Assembly (NCBI GenBank): GCA_965371225.1
Contig: CBDUXP010000013.1
Location: 10,767-74,766, forward strand
DNA: 64,000 nt
Origin: an uncultured bacterium
GTDB taxonomy: Bacteria; Abyssobacteria; SURF-5; CBDUXP01
Direction: 5' to 3'
The number at the start of each line of letters is the position of its first letter. Positions within the stretch are counted from its first letter, which is position 1. Both the position numbers and the translations under genes were made by a program. The notes beneath the pieces were generated by a model. It ran no database searches. It was given only the letters and a program-made list of their open reading frames with translations, and had not been told where the DNA came from. Positions 57,197 through 64,000 of this stretch are shown here, in pieces.

Positions 57197-58041
57197 GCGC
57201 TCCCAGCCAAGCGGACCGCCGCGCCGTGGTGCAGGGCGCGGTCCTGTGGGGCGCCGGACTCCTGGCGCTGGGCCTGCTGTATCGCGAAACCCTCTGGGAT
57301 TGGTACCGGTTCCTGAAGGGGGACTTGGAAGAGGGACTGGGCATGCTGGTGCCGCCGCTGGTGGGGTATCTGGTTTGGCGGCGGCGCGACGCGTTGGCGC
57401 AGACGCCGGCCGGCGTGTCGTGGGCCGGGGCCCTGGCATTCGTCGTTGCGATGGCCTTCACGGCGGGGACGGAAGCGCTCTGGTTCGGCACCGGTGCCCG
57501 GTTGGGCCTGTGGTGCGCCGTCGCAACCTTGACGTGGGCCGCGTGGGGCGGCTCGTGGACGCGAGTGCTGGTGGTGCCGCTGCTGTTCCTGTTCTTCGCG
57601 CAACCCATGCCGGTCACCCTCTCGGACCTTCTCACGCATCCGTTGCGGTTGCGCGTGACGGCGCACGCGGCGCAGGTGCTGTCGCTGGGTGGGTTGCCCG
57701 CCGTGGCCGAGGGCGTGCTGCTGCACATGCCGCGCGCCACATTGGAGACGACGGCGGCGTGCAGTGGGGTGCGCGGGTTCGTGGCGGCGGTGGCGGTGGC
57801 GCTGCTCTTGGCGGACTTGGTGCCGGGGCCGCGGCTCACCACGGCGGCGATGTTCCCCGGCGCGTTGCTCGTAGCCTATGTGTTGAATCTGGTGCGCGTG
57901 ATGATGGAAGCGGTGTGGACCAGCGTCGCGGGCGGCCCGTCGGCCGCGATAGTCCACACGAGCTTTGGGCTGTTCACTTTCGCCGGTGTGGCGTGGATCC
58001 TTGCGATATGGCAATTACGGACGAGCGACGGTTTCAGCTAG
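57193..58041 (+). CDS. xrt: Exosortase (EpsH family)
   Basis: About 8 TM; catalytic triad motifs ACSGVRG (Cys), NLVRV (Arg), VHTSFG (His); PLLFLFFAQPMP; directly followed by EpsI. Confidence 0.9.
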   Translation: MSAPSQADRRAVVQGAVLWGAGLLALGLLYRETLWDWYRFLKGDLEEGLGMLVPPLVGYLVWRRRDALAQTPAGVSWAGALAFVVAMAFTAGTEALWFGTGARLGLWCAVATLTWAAWGGSWTRVLVVPLLFLFFAQPMPVTLSDLLTHPLRLRVTAHAAQVLSLGGLPAVAEGVLLHMPRATLETTAACSGVRGFVAAVAVALLLADLVPGPRLTTAAMFPGALLVAYVLNLVRVMMEAVWTSVAGGPSAAIVHTSFGLFTFAGVAWILAIWQLRTSDGFS

Positions 58042-58700
58042 TCGCGGTCTGCGTGGCCGTGACGCTCGCGTGCGCGTGGGGGGTGCAGTGGACCGCCCGC
58101 GGTGCAGCGCGCGAACCGGTGCCGGGGCAGCCCGCGGCTCCGCTGGACCGGCTGGTGCCGCTGCAGTTGGCGGGCGCGACGGCGCGGTCGGTGCCCGTGA
58201 GCCAAGGGGTGTTCGACCGGCTCGCGGCGGCGGGGTACCTTTTCCGCGAGTACACGGACGGCGACGGGGCCGTCGTGTGGCTGTGGATCGGCTATTACGA
58301 CAACCAGCGGGACGCCACGGTCCACAGCCCGCGCGGCTGCTATCGCGGCAGTGGCTGGATCGCCACGGTGGACCGGAACGTCTCGGCGGAGGACGCACCG
58401 GTCGAGTGGCCGTTGCGGTGGTTGCGGGTGCGGCGCGAGTCCGAGGAGCGGCTCGTGCTCTACTGGTATGAAACGGCGTACGGGCCGGTGGCGTCGGAAC
58501 TCCAGCGCAACCTGCACCGGCTGCGGGGCCGCATCGGCGGCAACACGGCGTTGTTCTTCGTGCGGCTGTCGACGCCGGTCGGCGGCGGCGCGGATGATGC
58601 CAGCCGGCTGCTGCGCATGGCCCGTGCCGTGCGCCAGGCGCTCGGCGCGCACGTGGCGGCGGCCCCGGGGACGCCCCTGCGCGTGAAGGCGGAGGGGTAG
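58008..58700 (+). CDS. epsI: EpsI family exosortase-associated protein
   Basis: N-terminal TM; REY..LWIGYYDNQR..VHSPRGCYRGSGW; LVLYWY; FFVRLST. Confidence 0.87.
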   Translation: MAITDERRFQLVAVCVAVTLACAWGVQWTARGAAREPVPGQPAAPLDRLVPLQLAGATARSVPVSQGVFDRLAAAGYLFREYTDGDGAVVWLWIGYYDNQRDATVHSPRGCYRGSGWIATVDRNVSAEDAPVEWPLRWLRVRRESEERLVLYWYETAYGPVASELQRNLHRLRGRIGGNTALFFVRLSTPVGGGADDASRLLRMARAVRQALGAHVAAAPGTPLRVKAEG

Positions 58701-58701
58701 G

Positions 58702-60042
58702 ATGCCCGTGGACGTCTGCCCGAGCCCGGTGGCCTGGCGGCGCGTGTGGCCCGCGTGTGCGGTGGCGGTGCTGTTGCGGGTGTTGCTCATTGCCGCCACC
58801 CCGGCGGACGCGGTGGGGCACGGGGACACGTTCGTGTATCACAACGTGGCTGTGCGCCTGGCCGAGTCGGCCGAGGCGTGGCTGCAGCCGGGGAGCGAAT
58901 TCGGTTATCGCGCGCCGCTGTACTTCGCGTATCTGGCGGCGGTGCACTGGATGACGGGCGCGCCGGGGTATCACGTCTCGCAACTGGCGAACGTGCTGCT
59001 CGTGCTCGGCATTCTCGTGTTGCTGTACCGCGTGACGGCCCCGGTGTTCGGCGCGACCGTGGCCACGCTCGCGGTCTGGCTCCGGGCGGTGCTCCCCACG
59101 TTCGTGATGACGGATGTGTTGGTGATGAGCGAACCCCTGTTCGACGTGTTTCTGCTGGGAAGTCTGGCGATCCTGCTGCCGCGGTGGCGGGCGGGGTACC
59201 GGCCGGGCGCGGCCGTCGGCTTGGGTCTCCTCTTGGGGGCGGCGGTGCTGACGCGCCAATCCGGGCAGGGGCTGGGGCTGATCGCCCTGGTGGCCGTAGC
59301 TGCCGGCGCGCGCGGCGCGAAGGAGGCGGCCACCAACGTCGGCCTGGTGGGGCTGGGCATGATGTTGCTCTGTGCGCCGTGGCTGTGGCGCAACACGGTA
59401 GTGTGGGGTAGCGCCCTGCCCCTCGCGTTGACGGCCGGCCCGAATCTACACATGGGCAATTCGCCGGATGCGACGGGGACCTACGCGGTCATCCGCGATC
59501 CCGCGCACGCCGCTCCCGCGGACATCGCGTGGGGGACGCGCGCGTACGACCGTTGGCATAAGGCGCGGGCGGTGGAGTACATCGGCGAGGCCCCGGGGCG
59601 GTTCGTGGCCATGAGCGTGCGGAAGTGGGCGTACCTGGTGTGGCCGCGGCCGCTGCGCACGACGTTGCTGTCCGCGGGCGTTTTTCCCGCGCTGCCGCGG
59701 AGCGTGTCCCTGACGCTGGTGGCGGCCAGCGGGCTCGGCATGGCGGCGGTGTGGATGTTCGGGGTCGTGGGCTTGGCCGTGCGGCCGATGGATCGCTACG
59801 GGTGGGCCACGGTGGTGGTCACCGGGTACGCGTTCCTGACCGTCGCCGTGGCGTTCGGTTCGCCGCGGTTCGCCGACCCGATCCATCTGCTGCTGTTGGC
59901 CCCTGCGGTGCACGCGGCGCGCGAGTTCCGCGTGGCGGGACGGACGCTGCGGCACGCCTCGCTCCAGACGGCTACCGCCTGGTCCGCGCTGGGCGGTTTG
60001 GGGATCCTGTGGACGTGGCTGCTGGCGGACAAGTTGCTGTAG
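58702..60042 (+). CDS. GT-C fold (ArnT/GT39-like) membrane glycosyltransferase
   Basis: GDTFVY, YRAPLYFAYLA, VMSEPLF, LTRQ, PWLWRN, G.NL.MGN; multi-TM. Confidence 0.75.
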   Translation: MPVDVCPSPVAWRRVWPACAVAVLLRVLLIAATPADAVGHGDTFVYHNVAVRLAESAEAWLQPGSEFGYRAPLYFAYLAAVHWMTGAPGYHVSQLANVLLVLGILVLLYRVTAPVFGATVATLAVWLRAVLPTFVMTDVLVMSEPLFDVFLLGSLAILLPRWRAGYRPGAAVGLGLLLGAAVLTRQSGQGLGLIALVAVAAGARGAKEAATNVGLVGLGMMLLCAPWLWRNTVVWGSALPLALTAGPNLHMGNSPDATGTYAVIRDPAHAAPADIAWGTRAYDRWHKARAVEYIGEAPGRFVAMSVRKWAYLVWPRPLRTTLLSAGVFPALPRSVSLTLVAASGLGMAAVWMFGVVGLAVRPMDRYGWATVVVTGYAFLTVAVAFGSPRFADPIHLLLLAPAVHAAREFRVAGRTLRHASLQTATAWSALGGLGILWTWLLADKLL

Positions 60043-61217
60043 TGCAACGCGCAGTCCAGGCCCCGCGCGAGGCGGCGAGGGGGAAGCAGTTGGTCGGCAT
60101 CATCGGCAGCGGCATGATCGGGCGCGATCCGTTCGATGAGCGGGCGTGGTCCGGAATCAGCCGGCAATTCTTTCGGGCGTGCGAGCGGGAGGGCTTGCTG
60201 CACCGGGCGTTCGGGGTGGAAGCGCCACCCCACGTGCGCTATCCACTCATGGTGAAGAACCTGACATTTGGGCGCCACCGGTGGGAAGCCAAGTTCAACC
60301 TGGATACGCAGTACTACGACGCGCTGACCGCGGCGATCGGCCGGGGACTGGCGCCGGCGGATTTCGAGCACGACTTCCTGCAGATCGGCGGTATCTACGA
60401 CGTGCCGGCGCTCGTGAACGGCCGGGCCCGGTGTTTCTCCTACCATGACGGGAATGTGGCGCAAATGGTGAAGAGCCCCTACATGCCGGCCGTTCCGGAG
60501 CGGTGCGTGCGCGCCGCGGTCGATTATGAACGCCGGGTGTACGACGGGCTGGACAAGATTTTCACCATGGCCGAGTATCTCCGGGCCTCCTTTATAGAGG
60601 ACTTCGGCATTGACGCGGACCGGGTCGTCACTCTCGGCGCCGGGATCAATTTTGACCCGTGCGACGCGCCCGCGAAGGACTACGCCCGGCGGGACATCCT
60701 GTTCGTCGGGATCGACTTCGCCCGCAAAGGCGGCCCCTCGCTGGTGCGTGCATTCGAGCAGGTGCGGCAGAAGTTCGCCGATGCGACACTGCACATCGTG
60801 GGCCCGCGCCACCGGCCCCCCCTCCTCCAAACGCCGCGCGCGGGGGTGGAGTTTCACGGATTCCTCTCGCGGGCGGATGCGGCGCAGCGACGGCAGTTCG
60901 ACACGCTGTTGCAGCGATCGTCGCTCTTCGTCCTCCCGTCCACGTATGAACCCTTCGGTGTGGCGGTGCTGGAAGCCATGGCCCACCAATTGCCCTGCCT
61001 CGTGACGGACGCGTGGGCATTCCCGGAGATGGTCACGCCGGGGGTGCACGGGGACCTGGTCGCGAGTGGTGACGTGGACGATCTGGCGGACAAGATGATT
61101 CACCTGTTGGGCGATCCGGATGCGTTGGCGCGCCAGGGGGCCGCCGCACGCCGCAAGGTGCTCGAGCACTACACGTGGGCGCACGTGGCCGGGCGCCTGC
61201 GGGAGCAGGTGGCGTAG
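60042..61217 (+). CDS. Glycosyltransferase family 4
   Basis: AWSG, FVGIDFARKGG, PSTYEPFGVAVLEAMAH; GTG start overlapping the previous stop. Confidence 0.9.
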   Translation: MQRAVQAPREAARGKQLVGIIGSGMIGRDPFDERAWSGISRQFFRACEREGLLHRAFGVEAPPHVRYPLMVKNLTFGRHRWEAKFNLDTQYYDALTAAIGRGLAPADFEHDFLQIGGIYDVPALVNGRARCFSYHDGNVAQMVKSPYMPAVPERCVRAAVDYERRVYDGLDKIFTMAEYLRASFIEDFGIDADRVVTLGAGINFDPCDAPAKDYARRDILFVGIDFARKGGPSLVRAFEQVRQKFADATLHIVGPRHRPPLLQTPRAGVEFHGFLSRADAAQRRQFDTLLQRSSLFVLPSTYEPFGVAVLEAMAHQLPCLVTDAWAFPEMVTPGVHGDLVASGDVDDLADKMIHLLGDPDALARQGAAARRKVLEHYTWAHVAGRLREQVA

Positions 61218-62243
61218 GTGACGCCGGAGCAGTCCCCCCTCCCCAGCGGCAGCGTGGTCGCGGCGGATCAGCCTCCCGCCGCCGCGGCTGTCGACCGGGT
61301 GCCCTTCTTTGTGGTCGGCGCCGACCGCTCCGGCACCACGCTGCTGCGGCTCATGCTGAACGCGCACCCGCGGCTGCGCATCCCGCGGGAGACGCACTTT
61401 CTGACGGACCTCATGGATGCGCTGCCGCCGGACCGGCCCCTTCGCGCGGAGGAGGTGGAGCAGGCCTACACCATCATCTCCACGCACGAATGGTGGCCGC
61501 AGTGGGGTGCGGATACTGAGACGCTCCGCAAGACGCTGCTCGCGCTGGCGCAACCGTCGCTCGCCGAGGTGATCGATGCGGTGTACCGGCGGGTGAACAA
61601 TCCGGACGGCAAGCCGCGGTGGGGGGACAAGACGCCCATCTACATCCGCGACATCCGCCGCCTCCACGCGGTGTTTCCCGCCGCGAAGTTCGTGCACGTC
61701 ATCCGGGACGGCCGGGACGTGTGCGTCTCCCTGCGCCAGGTGGCATGGTGGGGGCGCAACATCCTGAAGCGGGCCTACTACTGGAGCACGAGCGTCCGCC
61801 GGGGCCGCGACGCGGGGGCGGCGCTGGGGCCGGACCGGTACCTGGAGATTACCTACGAAGCGCTCGTGCTGGATGCGGAGGGAACGCTCCGGCGCGTGTG
61901 CGCGTTCCTGGACGAGGCGTACGATCCGTGTATGGCGGAGTATTACCGCGGGGCGGCGGACGAAATCGCGCCGGGCGAGCAGGCCATCCACGCCAAGACG
62001 CTCCGGCCCCCACAGCCGGCGGACGTGGGTCGCTGGCCCGCTGAGCTGAACGGCGTCGATGTGGCCGCGTTCGAACTCGTGGCGGGGGAGACGATGGATC
62101 TGGTGGGGTACGCGCGCAAGTATCCCGCGCTCGCCCCGTGGTCGCGGCTCCTGGGGCGGATGCGGCGCGCACTGGGCCCATCCGTACGGCCGCTGCGGGA
62201 CCGCCTGGTCACCGCGATCCCCGCCCTCCGCCAACATATATAA
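61218..62243 (+). CDS. PAPS-dependent sulfotransferase (Sulfotransfer_3)
   Basis: 5'-PSB loop GADRSGTTLL, WGDKTP, 3'-PB IRDGRDVCVS, YEALV. Confidence 0.92.
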   Translation: MTPEQSPLPSGSVVAADQPPAAAAVDRVPFFVVGADRSGTTLLRLMLNAHPRLRIPRETHFLTDLMDALPPDRPLRAEEVEQAYTIISTHEWWPQWGADTETLRKTLLALAQPSLAEVIDAVYRRVNNPDGKPRWGDKTPIYIRDIRRLHAVFPAAKFVHVIRDGRDVCVSLRQVAWWGRNILKRAYYWSTSVRRGRDAGAALGPDRYLEITYEALVLDAEGTLRRVCAFLDEAYDPCMAEYYRGAADEIAPGEQAIHAKTLRPPQPADVGRWPAELNGVDVAAFELVAGETMDLVGYARKYPALAPWSRLLGRMRRALGPSVRPLRDRLVTAIPALRQHI

Positions 62244-62305
62244 AGGAGGGGCGCCGGTCGGGCGCCATGTCCGCCGCGACGCCGGCCGCGTCCGCCGATG
62301 CGACC

Positions 62306-63211
62306 CTAGTCGTCGAAGGTGTACCCCGCCAGAAACGGGTACTCGCCGATTTGCTCGGTGACGCGGCGGGTGAGTTCCGGCGCCCAGCGGATTTTGCTCC
62401 GGCTCTGGTGCGGGCTGGTCTTGATGATGCTGGTCGCATCGCGCAGGTACGCGGCCGAACAGTCCTCGACCCCGAGCGCGGTCACGAGCCGCCGCAGGTG
62501 GGCCTCCGGATCCTGGAGGAAGGCCTCGTGCCGGATCTGCACGAGTTCCTCCGGCGGGAGCGTCCGCTCCAGATCGACGACGAGCCGGCACTTGCGGAAG
62601 AAGGCGTCGACCGCCTCGTCGTCGACCGCGTCCAGGCCCGCCCGCCGGCAGTTGGTGGCGATGCAGTCGAAGGGATTCCGGATGTGGATGACGATGCGGA
62701 GCGCCGCGGCCACCGTCTGCCGCAAGTCCGACAGGAGGCCGGGGTGGTGCAGCAGGTGCTCGCTGGAATCGCCGCCCTTCTTATCGCCGATCACCGTCAG
62801 CCGCTCGTACCGCCCTTGCCACTGATTGGGCACCGCGTAGGAATAGCCGGACCAGGCGCGCTCCACCGCGGCGAACCCCGCGGAGTTGGCGAGAATGCAG
62901 TGGAACAGTTGCGCGCGGCGGAAGCCCGCCTGGATCAGTCGGAGCGCGTCCAGTTCGTGCGCGATGACGATCTGGGGATGCGCATCCAGCAGGGCGCCCA
63001 GGAGGCTGTGGCCGCTGCGCGGGAAGCCGACGAAGAAGCAGTAGGTCTCCACCTCGGCGAAGGGGTCGGCCGGGCCCCGCGTGGCGAGGGCGGCCTGGAT
63101 GTACCGCGCCAGGAGCCAGCGGTGCCGGAACACCTCCTGGTGGTCCGCGGTGGGGGCGGCTTCGGTATGCAAACCGAACAGCAAGTGGTACAACTGCGGC
63201 CAAGGCTTCAT
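62306..63211 (-). CDS. PAPS-dependent sulfotransferase
   Basis: GFPRSGHSLLGALLDAHP, IGDKKG, IRNPFDCIAT, RHEAFLQDP; start placed at MKPWPQ. Confidence 0.82.
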   Translation of the reverse strand: MKPWPQLYHLLFGLHTEAAPTADHQEVFRHRWLLARYIQAALATRGPADPFAEVETYCFFVGFPRSGHSLLGALLDAHPQIVIAHELDALRLIQAGFRRAQLFHCILANSAGFAAVERAWSGYSYAVPNQWQGRYERLTVIGDKKGGDSSEHLLHHPGLLSDLRQTVAAALRIVIHIRNPFDCIATNCRRAGLDAVDDEAVDAFFRKCRLVVDLERTLPPEELVQIRHEAFLQDPEAHLRRLVTALGVEDCSAAYLRDATSIIKTSPHQSRSKIRWAPELTRRVTEQIGEYPFLAGYTFDD

Positions 63212-63691
63212 GGTGGGATCCCGAGACGACGCGGTGTCATAGCCTATGTGGCGTCGACGCTCCCGACAACCACGCCCGGGACCGGCCGGCGGCGGGCCCG
63301 GGGAACCCACGTCCTGCGCGAGGCCGGCCCCTCGACCCCATGCGGGCAACCGTGGATGGGGTGTGAGGCGGCACCGAAGGGGGCGGCGTGTTTCTTTGCA
63401 TTCCACCAATAATCAAGATATAGTGGTCTTGAAAGTCAAACGCTAAGATTATACGGCAATAATTGCCGGATAGAAATTGCCATCGGGCCGGGACATGTGT
63501 CGTATAAGCACTCAGACTTACTATTCCGTGTCCCAAGTGGGTTCAGGATTGTCGTTTTCATGGCATGCACCGGTCAGAATCCCGAATGGACCCTACCCCC
63601 TCTCGCAGCATCCGCACATGGAAGTTTCAAAAGGCGTTGGGAATACACCACTTGCGGTACTGTGCTCATCCGGTACACCTCGATCTCCAAT

Positions 63692-63708
63692 CTGGCACCC
63701 GGCTTGCG
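63692..63708 (+). promoter_or_regulatory. Sigma-54 (-24/-12) promoter
   Basis: CTGGCACCCGGCTTGCG fits TGGCAC-N5-TTGC, 86 bp upstream of the ATG at 63794. Confidence 0.78.
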
Positions 63709-63793
63709 GTGCAGAAGACGCCAATATTGGCATTAATGGAGACGAGATGCGACTCCGCGCTGAGAGATGGAGTCGCTTCCCGGAGGTGCTGAG

Positions 63794-64000
63794 ATGACCC
63801 GCCGCCTGACTTTGCTCAGCCTCGTGTGCCTCGCAGCCACGTGGTTCGCCCCCCCGGCTGCCGCCGAATTTACTGTGGTGCCGGACCACCCCCGGATTTT
63901 CATCCGGCCGGCGGACTTGCCGGGCTTGCGCGCGAAGTGCGGCATCCCGGGCTATGAGAATGTGGCCGGCGTAACGTTCGGCGACAGCGCGGCGGACTAT
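63794..64000 (+). CDS. 5' end of a secreted protein (truncated by the window edge), possibly DUF4962/heparinase II-III-like lyase
   Basis: Not in the ORF track. GGAGGTG RBS, then MTRRLTLLSLVCLAATWFAPPAAA-EFTVVPDHPRIFIRPADLPGLRAKC: a signal peptide followed by HPRIF. The frame is open to the window edge. Confidence 0.65.
   Translation, partial: MTRRLTLLSLVCLAATWFAPPAAAEFTVVPDHPRIFIRPADLPGLRAKCGIPGYENVAGVTFGDSAADY

Noticed and set aside
57193-58700. Frameshifted exosortase-EpsI fusion (exosortase A type)
   Set aside because: Both ORFs are complete, EpsI has its own ATG and N-terminal TM, and split EpsH/EpsI arrangements are normal.
1-64000. Long antisense and alternate-frame ORFs in the track (e.g. 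13809-16583, 59796-62591, 55951-58014, 11639-13408)
   Set aside because: Arg/Ala/Pro/Gly-rich shadows of real genes, typical of high-GC DNA, with no recognisable motifs.
1-64000. CRISPR arrays, IS elements, rRNA, long tandem DNA repeats
   Set aside because: No regularly spaced repeats, transposase motifs or rRNA signatures seen; intergenic gaps are short.

Overview
High-GC (about 70% by eye) bacterial chromosomal window. Its exosortase, sigma-54 promoter motifs, IHF-like site, lipoprotein and HDOD protein point to a diderm host. I see no phage, IS, integrase, rRNA or CRISPR. There are three blocks. (1) 1-19 kb is a mixed housekeeping/envelope stretch: two tRNA-Ser genes, HDOD, MFS, CoA-transferase III, SDR, a desaturase-like gene, RNase Z, DMT, an antiporter, a SagB-type oxidoreductase, two FG-GAP beta-propeller proteins and a His/Tyr-rich secreted orphan. 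(2) 18.9-24.8 kb is a 'dedicated sortase' module: histidine kinase and response regulator divergent from a VIT-vWA target with an MPRTAT sorting signal and a class GN sortase, with no pdsO here. (3) 26.5-63.2 kb is a ~37 kb exosortase/EpsI-associated surface-glycan locus: about ten GT-A/GT-B glycosyltransferases, two GT-C enzymes, an O-glycosylation ligase-like protein and Wzx, but no Wza/Wzc in the window. Its tailoring kit is unusually broad: carbamoyltransferase, two SAM methyltransferases, hexapeptide acyltransferase, NodB-type deacetylase next to a candidate Orf11*/Dbv8-like N-acyltransferase, AsnB amidotransferase, two sulfotransferases, a GlpD-like oxidase and a degenerate PHP protein. 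The best candidate for an undescribed system is this locus, read as a sigma-54-driven, heavily decorated glycan transferred onto exosortase-sorted proteins. It also has an ArnC-like enzyme/pseudo-enzyme pair and a small BldC/excisionase-type HTH gene heading the main operon. All family calls come from motif recognition by eye; no searches were run.
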